Made by a program: the position numbers and the translations under genes. The notes below the pieces were generated by a model. The model had not been told where the DNA came from and ran no database searches. It worked only from the letters and a program-made list of their open reading frames with translations. This document shows positions 36,232-49,150 of a stretch of 64,000 nucleotides of DNA, one piece after another (the stretch's first letter is position 1; every line of letters begins with the position of its first letter). The DNA lies in NCBI RefSeq assembly GCF_964204645.1, contig NC_134032.1, positions 2,166,416 to 2,230,415 on the forward strand, given 5' to 3'. The DNA comes from Tubulanus polymorphus. Taxonomy: Eukaryota; Animalia; Nemertea.

Positions 36232-36392
36232 TCAGTAGCTCAGTGAGATAAGGCGTGATGCTCTATAACATCCACTATCAGTACTGAGTAACAAGTGGGT
36301 TCGAGTCCTACCGGTTGCTTGCAGTGTGCGGGTAACACTTCAAAGGCCGTAGTGTCGATTAAATCAACAATCCAATGTTTTTTGGGAAAACT
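36232..36392 (+). mobile_element. tRNA-derived SINE copy with A and B boxes
   Basis: TAGCTCAGTGAG (A box) and GGTTCGAGTCC (B box); body shared with the 35.7-kb and 56.7-kb copies. Confidence 0.7.
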
Positions 36393-37074
36393 ATATTTTT
36401 CTTCAAGTTTTCTTGCACTTGCTTCAAGTATTGGAAAGAAGGCTATTTTTTGTCATGCGATACTTCGCCTATGCGCGTAAGCCCGACCAGACTACACGTA
36501 TTTCTTTATTTTAATCCGGGGACGATAAATCTTAATCTATAGATCATATTTCGCGAGGCAACAAAAGAAATTCGATGCCAGTAGTACAGATGGTTATTTC
36601 CAGTATCAATAGGACAACCGCTTGAATTCATACTGTTTGTTGGCCAGTAGCGACGAGGATCCGCCGTTCTCCGTTGCAGACGGATAGGAAAACAGCTGAT
36701 CACGATTTAAAACATATTCGCACGGAGACCGCCCTATACCGCCGCTGCGTGAAATAAAGCGGCTTATTTTCATTTAATTCGCTTAGGAAAATAAACTACG
36801 AATTTTCGCCCTATAATAACAGATCGGAATGAGAAAATAGTGAATTTGAACGTAGGATGAATGCTGGTATATATTGCTAGTCGCCTCGGGACAGTTCGCG
36901 GTGTCGTCAGTATACACAGCACAGTGGAATGTTTTATGGGCTATTGGTAAACTTTCACCGTCACACATTAGCCATATATGGAATAAGCATTTTCAATTTT
37001 CAATTTTCAGTTTTAGCCGGTCCTACTTATTCCAATCGACAGTATTCCAGATCCTAAATAGTTCAGGTTTCTCT

Positions 37075-37707
37075 GAACCCCATTCCACAGTTTTGTGGGT
37101 TTGATTTGAAAATGGATCCAGTTCCAAAATTGTGTGGATTTAATTTGACTCTGAACCCAATTCCACAGTTGTGTGGATTTAATTTGACTCTGAACCCAAT
37201 TGCACAGTTGTGTGGGTTTAATTTGACTCTGGAACCAGTTCCACAGTTGTGTGGGTTTAATTTGACCCTGAATCCAGTTCCACAGTTGTCAAATTACTCG
37301 AATTAATTCGACTTTGAATCCAGTTCCACTGCTGCATGAGTTTAATTTGACTCTGAATCCAGTTCCACAGTTGCGTGGGTTTAATTTGACTCTGAAGCCA
37401 GTTCCACAGTAGTGTGGGTTCAATTTGACTCTGAATTCAGTTCCCCAGTTGCTTGGGTTTAATTTGACTCTGGATCCAGTTCCACAGTTGTGTGGGTTCA
37501 ATTTGACTCTGAATCCAGTTCCACAGTTGTCAAATTACTCGAACTAATTCGACTTTGAATCCAGTTCCACTGCTGCATGGGTTTAATTTGACTCTGAATC
37601 CAGTCCCACAGTAGCTTGGGTTCAATTTGACTCTGAATTCAGTTCCCCAGTTGCTTGGGTTTAATTCGACTCTGGATCCAGTTCCACAGCTGTGTGGGTT
37701 TAATTTG
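37075..37707 (+). repeat. 39-bp minisatellite family B array with an internally duplicated variant block
   Basis: Interrupting block GTCAAATTACTCGAA occurs at about 37288 and 37529. Confidence 0.93.
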
Positions 37708-38351
37708 GCAGTGCTAGGTATATCTATGAAAGTCATACAAAGCACCATCAAAACATGTCCACTTTTTGCCGTAAACAATGCTTTGTTTGTATTACAAATA
37801 GTGTTTAGTTACGCGGACGGGGAGGACAATACTCGCTTGTTGAAAGAAAGATGCCCCGATGTTTGTACGAAGATTTTTGTCTAGCGGCGAAAACAACCGC
37901 CCGCATCTCCTCAAATCGCGCTACACCCCTGTGTCTTGTCACCGCGTGATCGCTCGAGCCATTGTCTGCGGATTAACGGTAAAAGTCAATTTCGGAACAA
38001 ACATTACAAGATCAAAATACAAAACAATGTCTGCGTAAAATACGGGTCCGGGTCAACTTTCGATGATAGAATAATGCATGAATAGTTGTTTCGAAACCGA
38101 AATTTGCCAAACCACCTTCCCTAGACCTTCGAGAAGCGAATGGACGATGCTATATAATGATGCCAATGTGTGTGCCTCTCATAATCGCCACGATCGTGAT
38201 CAGATCCACGGGTGTGAATGTCGAGCGTCTGCCAATAAGGCAACCATAAACAAAACATCCTCTATCAAAGTATTTCCCGTTCGCATTTTTAGGCTTTAAG
38301 TCACAGTTTTGTGGCAGCTTCCGAGGTTTCTTCACAGATAAAACAGATAAA

Positions 38352-38542
38352 ACCGCTTGTGGTGGCAGTTGGCAACTGATATAAATCTCAGTGCAATGTT
38401 AACGGACAAAAACCCACTCAGTAGATCTGCAGAAACGGTTTATTTCCTAGAAAAAAAAAACCAGTTTATTTCCTAAGAACTTTAGGAAATAAACTGTTCC
38501 TACAGATCTACTGTGGGTTTTTATTCGTTTACCGCTTGTGGT
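38352..38542. mobile_element. Fold-back remnant made of the tail found after the hammerheads at 22.2 kb and 56.4 kb
   Basis: Inverted arms CAGTAGATCTG…TTTATTTCCT / AGGAAATAAAC…CAGATCTACTG; 12-bp direct repeat ACCGCTTGTGGT at 38352-38363 and 38531-38542. Confidence 0.65.
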
Positions 38543-39503
38543 CTTTCATTAATTGGTCTTAGACTGGTGGAACTAGCCTACAAAACAGAATTTCGATAAA
38601 CAGGAACTTTGAAACTCGAAGCCAGACACGAATGGACAGAGTTCCCTGCTTCAAAATAAGAAAACGTTTCTTCCTCGTCTTCCAGGTTTAACGGCATTTC
38701 TTCCGTTTGCAAAAAGTTCAAAGTCCAGAAATGGTCTTAAATTTTAAGATCGGTATTGGATGAATCATATCATACCATATCGTCGGATTGGATATTATAG
38801 AGTTTAGACGGTCTTAGACCAGTTTTAAAACTAAGCAATGATTCAGAAAAAGCCTCGGGGTAAACGTAGGTTACTTAAGTTATATTTATTTTCATCTATT
38901 TTGAAAAGTGGAACAAAACGGCCGCCGTGGCACCAGAAATCTTGCTAATTGATACGGACAAAATCTGCTTATGTACCTGAACCCACCACTAGAAGATTCT
39001 TAACGAGGTTCGTGTTCTTATCAACATTGAATGCGATTCTTATATGCGATAAGTTTTGAACGGGAATCTGTGCAATGGAACCTAAATCCAGCTATTGATA
39101 GCTTATCACTAGTAACTCCTACAGATAGGCCTCGGCTGGATTCGTCGCTAAATCCACAGGTGACTAAAATGACCCGCCATCAGGTGGAATTCCCAGCCTA
39201 CTTGTCGAAAGTCTTAGGCAGGTTTCGATAAAACGTAATCTGATTTAGGAATAGCAGCAGTTCCGAATTAGAAACTCTCTACCGGCCGCTTCTATCGGGT
39301 TTACAGAATGGGCTATTCCGAAATAAGTTGACAGCGCATTTTGGTCAAAACGAACGAGAATTCTGGTATCATTAGTCAGTAGATTCAGTAGAAACAAATC
39401 GAAATCTAGACGCAAGTTCCACACCTGTGAATCAGCGTTCTCGGAATGAAATTGCTTAGTTAATTTTCAATGAGTTAGCTAATTCAAATCAAGTCAAATG
39501 TTA

Positions 39504-40120
39504 ACTCACAAACTGTGGAGCTGGCTCCTGAGTTCAGAGCTAACTCTAACTCACATCTGTGGAACTGGCTCCTGAGTTCAGAGTTAACTCTTATTCACAT
39601 CTGTTGAACTGGCTCCTGAGTTCAGAGTTAACTCTAACTCACAACTGTGGAACTGGCTCCTGAGTTCAGAGTTAACTCTAACTCACAACTGTGGAACTGG
39701 CTCCTGAGTTCAGAGTTAACTCTTACTCACAACTGTGGAACTGGCTCCTGAGTTCAGAGTTAACTCTAATTCACATCTGTTGAACTGGCTCCTGAGTTCA
39801 GAGCTAACTCTAACTCACATCTGTGGAACTGGCTCCTGAGTTCAGAGTTAACTCTAATTCACAACTGTAGAACTGGCTCCTGAGTTCAGAGTTAACTCTA
39901 ATTCACATCTGTTGAACTGGCTCCTGAGTTCAGAGTTAACTCTAACTCACAACTGTGGAGCTGGCTCCTGAGTTCAGAGTTAACTCTAATTCACAACTGT
40001 AGAACTGGCTCCTGAGTTCAGAGTTAACTCTAATTCACATCTGTTGAACTGGCTCCTGAGTTCAGAGTTAACTCTAAATCACAACTGTGGAACTGGATCT
40101 TGAGTTCGGAGTTAACTCTG
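39504..40120 (+). repeat. 44-bp minisatellite family C, about 14 units (also 62324-62454)
   Basis: Unit CTGAGTTCAGAGTTAACTCTAACTCACAACTGTGGAACTGGCTC matches the MITE-C terminus; a degenerate MITE-C body precedes it (about 39413-39527). Confidence 0.95.
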
Positions 40121-40326
40121 ACTCTGACGACTGTCGTGTGGGCACCCTTCAAATCTAGCTCACTAGAACCTCAAACCACGCTCAGGTGGTACTTGATATT
40201 TACTAACATATTTTACAATTTCTACAATTCATTAGAATTTCTTCAGATTTTAACGTAAGTTCCATATACAGCATGTAATGATTGTCTATAAACTGATAAT
40301 ATACGACTAAGTATAATACAAATACT

Positions 40327-40718
40327 CAGGCGCGGATCCAGGATTATTCCAGGAGGGGGTGTTACGCATATACCACAAGCTGTATAACCACTTGCCAAGT
40401 GGACTTGTTCTATTGGTCTAATGGCTAGCACGCTTGCTTTCTACGTACAAGACCCGGGTTCGATCCCCGGTAAGTGCGCGTAATTTCATTGTCACTTCTC
40501 TTAATCGTAACAGGGGTTCATAAATACGTTAATGTTAAACCACCGACTAAAATCGGTAATAATTTAGTACGGCATATTTTTTGGCCAAACATAAGATAAT
40601 ATGCTACTCGATTATGTATTACTGTCCGTCCACTGTGTCTTAAAGAAAACGATTAAAAAACATTTTGGCAGCAGGGGGGTCACGACCCCTAAAACTGACC
40701 CCTCTGGATCTGCGCCTG
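40327..40718. mobile_element. Non-autonomous TIR element carrying a tRNA-like segment (40406-40477)
   Basis: TIRs CAGGCGCGGATCCAG / CTGGATCTGCGCCTG; imperfect 5-bp flanks ATACT/ATGCT; internal TGGTCTAATGG and CCGGGTTCGATCCCCGG. Confidence 0.75.
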
Positions 40719-41413
40719 ATGCTGGGATTTACGTAATCTAAGGTTAAAGTGTAATCTAGTTTGGCAAATAGAGGCCGCGAACAATCTCGACCGTAGTTCA
40801 GGCAGTACGTTCCACCTGCACCAGCCGTCTCGCGAACCGTCACTGATGTCATCGTCCATTTAATATTATGTTACGATTACGACGAGAAATTCTAACCGGC
40901 GCGGATGAGTTTATAGTTTTATAGTTTTACGACCCGTTTTGTCGGGCGGCCCCCCGTGGTCCGCAGCTGTTGACGGGCGACGAGACCGATTCAACCGGTC
41001 ACGTTCGCTCCACTCCCAGGTGGGCGGCAGGGTATAGATGCCGGTGCATGTCCTGTGAATTCCCAGGCATCCTTCATTCGGCTACCGCTAGCTAGCTGAA
41101 ATGTGATAAAAAGTGTTGAAATGTGTTAATCGTGGCCCAATGCCACCATCAGCTATGCCGCTAGTTGATGTCCTGCAGCAGCTATCCCGCTAGATGGCGT
41201 GCGTATCAACAGATAAAAAAATCGATCAAAATTCGCTTTCAATGAACTTGATTTTTTAGCCATCCACATCGGAAATAAGGCAAAAAGAATCTCTGATAAA
41301 CTCAGATTAATGTTTACGGTTCAAACATAGCACGGATTTTTATAATAGAATTTTAGAAATTATGATAGATTTTATTTGAATCTGCAAAAAACCGGCATCG
41401 TTGTCATACCGCT

Positions 41414-41896
41414 CACTAGCGACACCTGGTGGGTCCCCACTTACAAGCGGAATCCTCCATTGCCGCAGCAGCTAATGTCCTCACGATAGGTAGAACACAA
41501 TATCCGTGTTGACGCGATGAGGAGAGAATCCCACAATGATAATAAAAAGTGTAACTGTTTCTACGTTAATTTTCCTTTAGGTTGTATCATCTCTGATTAC
41601 TTGAATTAGTCTCTTTGTCTCTGGATTGTATATATATCTCATAATTTCTGTAGTATCTCATTATTCCTGAAGATGACTATTAGGATATAGTCGAAACGTT
41701 GAAATAAACTACTATCTCGAAGTTTCATTTTCGGACTTTTTATTATCATTGTGGGATTCTCTCCTCAGCTAATGTCCTACTCCACACTAGCGACACCTGG
41801 TGGATCCTCACTTGCCACAAGTCGAATCCTCTATTGCCGCAGTAGTTGATGTCCTACCACACACTAGCGACACCTGTTGGGTCCTCACTTGCCACG
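41414..41896 (+). repeat. About 75-bp tandem repeat (about 2.5 units) interrupted by the hammerhead insertion
   Basis: CACTAGCGACACCTG(G/T)TGG occurs three times; related sequence at 24765-24820. Confidence 0.8.
41482..41767 (+). mobile_element. Penelope-type/retrozyme-like insertion with an intact minimal hammerhead (41661-41707)
   Basis: TTATTC-CTGAAGA-T-GACTAT-taggat-ATAGTC-GAAA-CGT-T-GAAATAA. 33-bp perfect inverted repeat (41518-41550 / 41735-41767). 11-bp TSD GCTAATGTCCT (41471-41481 / 41768-41778). Confidence 0.85.
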
Positions 41897-42254
41897 ATTG
41901 TCGCAGTCCAACGTGGAGTCCTAAATGGTGATTAGAATTACTAAGGGACCTTAATAGAAAAATGAGTCAGTTGGAATGATATACCATTGCAAAGTTTATA
42001 CGGGCCCAAATATGGTCGCGAAATGTTTTACGGCTTGTATTGTCACGAATATTGTCAATCGTTGTATTAATTGTCCGCTAAAACAAATCTTAAAAAACGC
42101 CTCCTCGTGTAAAAAAAAAACCGCTGCGTGCGGTCAAAATGTGGGTTACTTTCCGGTAACGGAAGTACAATATTGACTCGTCCGTACTCGACCAATCAGC
42201 GCGCTTCGAAATAAAATCGATAAATTCGACGTCTCTTTGTGTGGAATGTATAAT

Positions 42255-42257
<3 letters not shown>

Positions 42258-42303
<46 letters not shown>
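42258..42303. repeat. (TA)n microsatellite
   Basis: Read directly. Confidence 0.97.
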
Positions 42304-42306
<3 letters not shown>

Positions 42307-42480
42307 TAAGATTCGTAGAGTAAATATTATCGATATGTTTACAATGTGTCGCGTGGGTTCAAGGTATGCATTGATTTGCACTTGGTTAAACTTTCAAATA
42401 CCAGTTCTGCGCGTACTTATTTTCTTATTGTTCGCCGAGATACCGTGGACTTCTCGATATCGACTCTTTTGGCCTCACTT

Positions 42481-42815
42481 TCACAGTTGTGTGGGTTTAA
42501 TATGACTCTAGAAGAGCCAATTTCATTCTTCGGGCTTACCGTGATTTAACTCTGAACCCAGTTCTACAGTTGTGTGGGTTTAATTTGACTCTGGATCCAA
42601 TTCCACAGTTTTGTGGGTTTAATTTGACTGTGGATCAAGTTCCACAGTTGTGTGGGTTTAATTTGACTGTGGATCCAGTTCCACATTTGTGTGGGTTTGA
42701 TTTGACTCTGGATCCAGTTCCACATTTGCGTGGGTTTCGTTGACTCTGAACCCAGTTCCACAGTTGTGTGGGTTTCGTTGACTCTGAACCCAGTTCCACA
42801 GTTGTGTGCGGTTTA
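42481..42815 (+). repeat. 39-bp minisatellite family B
   Basis: Tandem units. Confidence 0.92.
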
Positions 42816-44661
42816 ATTCAACTCTAAAATCGTATTCCTTCTGGTCTTTCGACACATTTTTTTTTTTCAAAAGCCATAAAAACCAATCAAAAACCGGTGT
42901 CGCGTAGTCACAGATGAAAAATCAAGAACCTCGACGGAAATTGAACGGGGTCGGACAGTCTGGCGTTCATTTCGAAAACAAAGCTTTTCCGTCGACGAGG
43001 ACGGTTCGATTAGAGAGTCTAAACTGATTAGAATTCACTACTCATTTCCTGCTTGACAGACCGGCGGAATGCGGCCCCGGGCTCCTGGTGAATAAGTCCG
43101 GTAGCGCGGGTTAGCCAACCGTAGCCTATACCGACATATCACTTTAAAACTCTATCCTCTGGCGGGACTGATCTAGACGAAAGGCCGGAGTCCAGAGAAG
43201 AAATGAATAGGCATTTTCATAGGCTACTACCGGGGTCTTACTCCCAGAGCCTGGAGAAATAAATCGAAAATGTGCAATTTCCGGAAGGTGGATTGTCGAA
43301 TATACAGATTTTAACGATCTGCCTGACGAAAAGGGCAACCTGATTGGGTAGGCAGAGATCCGGACCGCAAAGACCCCCAGCCCTTGATGTATATTTTCTG
43401 CCTATGATAATGTATCATGGCTTGAAGTAAATGAATAGAATAACATAATATATTAATATATTCAAGTTTGTGCTTTGCTTAAAAAACTATGATTTAAAAT
43501 CCGATATAGATTTTTGACGTTAATGCAACGCGGATATGAAGCATTATTTTAAGAAATGACTTATGTTAGTTGACAAGAAGGTGGATATTTTGGGAGGATT
43601 TTAAAAACTGATAATCAGGAGTCAATCTATATTAGGTTTTGAAAGCGAGCGCAGCTACAGTTTGAATTCGCTGCTTTGTTAGATGAGCAACTATCGGAGC
43701 AGGGCCCCCTCGCTTATTTCGCCTCTAGCGACTAGGCCCAAAGCTTAAAATCTTCATTTCAATGAATTCGGCAAATTCAAAAATAAACAAGTTTAATATA
43801 TTCGTGGCATTTTCTATTTTGCATCTACGCGATATTTTAAATTGCGATGCGCGCTATATATAGTAATAATGCGAATATTAAAAACGCGCCTATGCGACAA
43901 ATTTTGTACGCTTACCATAGAAATCGACTACAAAGGCACACGGCACCTTCCATGCGCTTCAATTCACGCGTTTTAAAAACATGATTTAACGACACCATTT
44001 TTATCGCCAATAAGCTTAATTTCGTTTCTAAAAACGATACCTCCGATATATTGTTGCGTAACGTTTCGGCGATAGCGATTTTTCGACTATAATGGTTTAA
44101 AAAGAGGAATTATGATAATAATAATTATTATTATCCTAAGATGACCGTGTTTATTCGGCGGACGTGCGGTTCACCGACGCAGGATGATAACATATTCCGT
44201 AACCCTCTAAATCACAAGTTATTTATTTCAATATCAATTTTTACGATTTGGTGACTCGGGAATTGCGACTATTCCCTTCCATAAGCGATGCGTATGGCTT
44301 ATTATTGACTTATTAAGATGGCGGTTGGTTCAATAGACGCTATTGTCAAAAGTTACGGTGTGATTTACAAATCACCTATGGTCATAAATTAATTCTCGAA
44401 GATGTAAGCAATAGAGTTGATGAATTGATAAATAAATGTTTTGGGGCTCAACATTTTAGTACTTTGTACAATGAATTGACCTTGACGGTCTAAGTCAATC
44501 TTCTATATGCAATCTAAATCTTAAGAACAGGTTTAGGTTTTAAGACCACTTTTGGACTTAGATCACGAATGTACAGCTTAGCCCATGCGACACCTACGGT
44601 ACGCGATTCTAAACTCATTTTAGCAAAGCCTACACGGTATCCACACGTGTTTAAAATCCTG

Positions 44662-45572
44662 GGGCTGGTTGCATAATCATGGCTTAGACTTAAGACCAGT
44701 CTAAGACCAACTTAGTTCTATAGCCAATCTAACAACTTGAGACCAGTGTTAAGATTTAAGACCACTTTTGGACTTAAGTCACGACTGTGCAACTGGCCCC
44801 TGGGGCTGGTTGCATAATCATGGCTTAGGCTTAAGACCAGTCTAAGACCAACTTAGTTCTATAGCAAATCTAACAACTTAAGATTGGTGTTAAGATTCAA
44901 GACCACTAACTGACTTAAGTCACGACTGCGCAACTGGCCCCTGGGGCTGGTTGCACAGTTGTGGCTTAAGTCCAAAAGTGTACTTAGATATTAAGACAGT
45001 CCTAAGTTGTCAGATTGGCTATAGAACTAAGTTGGTCTAAGACGGAACTTATGTCTTAGCCATGACTATGCAACCAGGCTATGGGTCCAGTTCCATAGTC
45101 CAGACCTAAATCCAAAAATGATCTTAAATTCAAAGACTGGTCTTAACCTGTTAGATTGGTTATTGAACTATAGAAGGTGGCTTAGACTGGTCTCAAGTCT
45201 AATCAATGACTATGGCCCTAGGCCAAGTTGCACAGTTATGACTAGGTCCAAAAATGGTCTTCAGTCGAAGACTGGCCTTAACTTGTTAGAATGGGCAGAG
45301 AATCAACATGGTATTAGACTGGTTTAAAATCTAAGCCATGTATGTGCAACTGGTTCTATGGTCGATACTCAAGACCAGAAAGACTGGTCTTAACCTGTCA
45401 GATTGGTTATAGAACTAAAATGAGCTTAGACTTGGCTCTAAGTTGTTAGATTGTTTATAGAACCGAAATGAGCTTAGACTGGTCTTAAGTTGTTAGATTG
45501 GCTATAGAACCAAAATGAGCTTAGACTGGTCTTAAGTTGTTAGATTGGCTATAGAACTAAATTGATCTTAGA
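44662..45572. mobile_element. Cluster of 138-bp Harbinger-like MITE-A copies (44662-44799, 44803-44940, inverted copy from 44944, further partial copies) ending in 47-bp units
   Basis: TIRs GGGCTGGTTGCA / GCAACTGGCCC; adjacent copies share a single CTG target triplet. Confidence 0.88.
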
Positions 45573-46302
45573 TCGGTGACTATGGAACTGACTGGACTAA
45601 AAAGTTTTGAGATTTTGATACATGTCTAGTTATCCATATACCAACAACAACTTCTAAATGAAATTAGACATTAAGATGGACTTTTTTTCGAAAGTAAGAT
45701 CAAAATTTTCCATCGTGGAAAGATACACAACGCATTTTAAATATTTAACGGTTAAGGATTTTCAATGAAAACGGTTTTCGATTTTCCAGTCGATTTAAGG
45801 TTGAGTTTACGAACGACAAGTCGCGGCCGGTGTACCTGGAAACACACACACTCTGGTAACAGTTGTACTTTTGTGGTCCGTACTATCAAATCACGCATAA
45901 ACATCTTTGACCGAATCGAGATCGGCGCCTTTAAAATCGGTGGATGAATGGACACAAGCACCTGAAGGTGTTTATATCAGATTCTATCGGGATGTAATGA
46001 GGCGGTATTAAGGAGGCTATTCGTGCGGCCGACGCGTCCGACAAAAAAAACCTAGTAAAGATTTGAATAAATAAAAGGCGAAGCGAACGCGGGCGATTAC
46101 TAGAATTGACGCGACAAAAGGCCGGGTAATTGTTTACTAATTTTGGCGTGCGTCGAGCCGTGAATGGCTTTCAAACAGACAAGTGACGAGTATCTCTGCT
46201 TGTCCCATCCCACCGTCGCAACGACATCGATGTACTTAATGTAGGTTGTGATTTCTTGATTTTGATATCGGGGGTCAATTGTGCATTAAAAATGTAGATA
46301 CT

Positions 46303-46711
46303 CTAGACCAGTCTAAGACCATTTTGATTCTATAACCAATCTAACAACTTAAGACCAGTCTAAGCTAATTTTAGTTCTATAGCCAATCTAACAACTTAAG
46401 ACCAGTCTAAGCTCATTTTGGTTCTATAACCAATCTAACAACTTAAGACCAGTCTAAGTTCATTTTGGTTCTATAAACAATCTAACAACTTAAGACCAGT
46501 CTAAGCTAATTTTTTCTATAACCAATCTAACAACTTAAGACCAGTCTAAGCTCATTTAGTTCTACAACCAACCTAACCACTTAAGACCGGTCTAAGCTGA
46601 TAGTTAGGTAATCTAGACGATCTAACTACTATGGTCAATCTAATTACTTAAGACCAGTAGTAAAAACTGAGACCACTTTCGGACTTGAGTCGCGACGGTG
46701 CGACGGAACCC
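46303..46711 (+). repeat. 47-bp family A array ending in a degenerate MITE-A right end
   Basis: About 7 units, then GACCACTTTCGGACTTGAGTCGCGAC. Confidence 0.88.
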
Positions 46712-47289
46712 GCAGGTCACATCAATGATACAGCGTGTATCGTTTTTGGAACCGGGGAAGAATGTACGCATTCTTGCTCGAAACTGAGCCGTATGCCCCG
46801 GGGCGGTCAGCAACGAAACGAGCGCTCGAAGTATTCAACAAATATAGAATATTTAGTATTAATATAATAACGTAATGATTAATATCGTTACGAAAACAGC
46901 GTTTGATATTTTTCGGTCACTATGACGTCATCGATATGATCATATCGTTTCTATATAGCAAATTAGCGTGTACATACTGAAATAGATTAGAAGTTTGAAA
47001 CCCACTATAAACAGAGTTTGAAAGATTAAAGCAAAGCTTTATAATAAGCCGAAAACCTCGAGAAAACTAGGATATATTCTGACTTTTCAAATGAATTCTA
47101 TGAGCCATTTTCAAAATCAGATTTTGTAAAATGTCAATGTCTGAAACGTTAAACGATATCCTAGTTTTTTTGTTTTACAGTTTATTGATGTAAAACGATC
47201 ACTTGTATATGGAAACATAATAAAGCAAATTTTGTTTACCTAAAATTAGCCTTCGGTTTTAGTTCTTTTGATGGATAAAATTCGCTTTT

Positions 47290-47415
47290 GATCTTAAAAT
47301 AGGGATTGTCCCTGTTATTTATTTGGTTGGTATTTTTTTCGATTGAGTGTCCCCTACAGACCCACCACACTTGCCGGGAGCGAAACAGGGGGTTCGATTT
47401 TGAAATCGGAAATCG
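47290..47415 (+). repeat. Dispersed repeat (other copies: about 49921-50060 inverted, 52028-52077 inverted, 63410-63522)
   Basis: Shared GCCGGGAGCGAAACAGGGGGTT…GAAATCGGAAATC and ATAGGGATTG blocks. Confidence 0.8.
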
Positions 47416-48024
47416 ATGTACAGATATAGTTGTGTGATCGGCGGTCGCTTTTTAAGGCTACAACAAATGATATAACTTGTTTATCCTTTCAGCTTGGTTG
47501 ACAAGTTGACTCAACCGACCGCCTATCCACCTTCCATATTACTTTTTAAAAATCGTGATCAATTTTACCATAACGCCGGATTTTATCGCATTTAAATTGA
47601 ACCGACCGATTAGGAGAAACGATGTATCGTTTTTGTTTAGCCTAATCTTTTAGATTTTGTGGTTTTGTGGTAAACAGCGCGGGTTTTAAACTGATTTAAT
47701 AGTTCCAATGTTCGCTTAGGAAATGAAGATTCCCGACACTGTTACTAAATTAGTTCTAATAAATAAACGTCTTTTTCGTTTAGTTGGATGAATTTGGTCC
47801 AGAATGAAGTCATCGGATATTTCAAGCAATCTATTGTGAATCATCAGCTCACCAGGTTAGTGGTAGAAATCCCCTGAGTGGAAATCCCCTTGGTAAAAAT
47901 CACCTTTGATAAAAAACAGTTTCAGTAATTTATGGCACGCATATCAATGTCAGTGACAAGAGGTTAGGGACAGCAGCAGTAGCAGCACCAGCTGCATGCA
48001 CCAACAGGGGACCTGTTTCACAAA

Positions 48025-48064
48025 GCGACGTTTCGGCTAAAAACTATAAGCCATCATCAGGCGT
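48025..48064 (-). ncRNA. Minimal hammerhead motif with intact core and GUC triplet but weak stem I
   Basis: Minus strand reads ACGC-CTGATGA-T-GGCT-tatagttttt-AGCC-GAAA-CGTC-GC; same stem-II family as 7063-7108. Confidence 0.72.
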
Positions 48065-48775
48065 ACTGGGAACAAAATGGATTGACAAGATATTTGTACA
48101 GGAATGTAACAAAGGAACTGAGTGAGTGATTAAAAGTTGAATACAGATTAAAGCAATTAAAAACGAACACATTAAAGTACACAGAATAAGTAATCGACAA
48201 AATCTTCAAGATTTTGCGAGGTTTTGTCGCAAGTTGTAATGTAACATTGGCGCGCACGTGTGTTTGTTCGGCGATAAAATCAAAATGGCCGCGCAAATAA
48301 TCGCGGCCGAGGTTAATTAGTAATTAGTCGAAGCGGGGTTCGATTAAGAGCAGTCGCTTTGTGCCCGAGTCAAACAAACGCGTCGTTTACTCGACTCGCG
48401 GAGGATATGTGTGTTTAATCGAGGTGTTTAATCATCGCAATTAGCGCACAAAGGGTTAAACATCGTGTTATAGATTTCCCCTCAAAAACGAAACTATTAT
48501 TTACTCACCGATCTCGTAACGAATCTAATAATGACCACTCTTAGTTTAAGTCAAGTGATATTTACGCGTTCGTTGGCGCTTTCTTTCTGGCGATGATTCG
48601 TTTTCTCAGGATAATCCTGCGATCGAATGTAATTGCACGCAAAATGGAATAGAAAGAAAAAAAAAGAAAAAACGAAATTCCCGTAATTACGAGAAGAAAA
48701 TGTACATATGCAAGGTACTATATCGGTTAAGTCGTGACTTAGCTACTGGAACCGGTCAGAGCTTGTACGTAGATC

Positions 48776-49150
48776 AGTCTGAGCTCAATTTGGTTCTATA
48801 ATTTAGCAACTCAAGACAAGTCAAAGCTCATTTTGGTTCTATAACCGATCTAACAACTTAAGACCAGTCTAAGCTCATTTTGGTTCTATAGCCAACCTAA
48901 AAACTTAAGACTAGTCTAAACTCACTTTAGTTCTATAACCAATCTAACAACTTAAGACCAATCTAAGCTCATTTTGGTTCTATAACCAATCTAACAACTT
49001 AAGACCAGTCTAAGCTCATTTTGGTTCCATAACCGATCTAACAACTTAAGACCAGTCTAAGCTCATTTTGGTTCTATAACCAATCTAACAACTTCAGACC
49101 AGTCTAAGCTCATTTTGGTTCTATAACCAATCTAACAACTTAAGACCAGT
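48776..49150 (+). repeat. 47-bp family A array, about 8 units
   Basis: Tandem units. Confidence 0.93.

Noticed and set aside
40406-40477. Functional tRNA gene
   Set aside because: Acceptor and anticodon stems do not pair; only the promoter boxes and T-arm remain.
43049-43185. HDV-like ribozyme or hammerhead (GCCAA J4/2-like; CTGATCT…GAAA)
   Set aside because: No valid P3/L3/P1.1 arrangement could be built, and CTGATCT breaks the CUGANGA core.
47815-47850. Minus-strand CTGATGA…GAAA hammerhead candidate
   Set aside because: No stem II closing the core and no stem I or III pairing. Isolated CTGANGA hits near 1175, 18934, 23578, 25349 and 63321 fail the same way.
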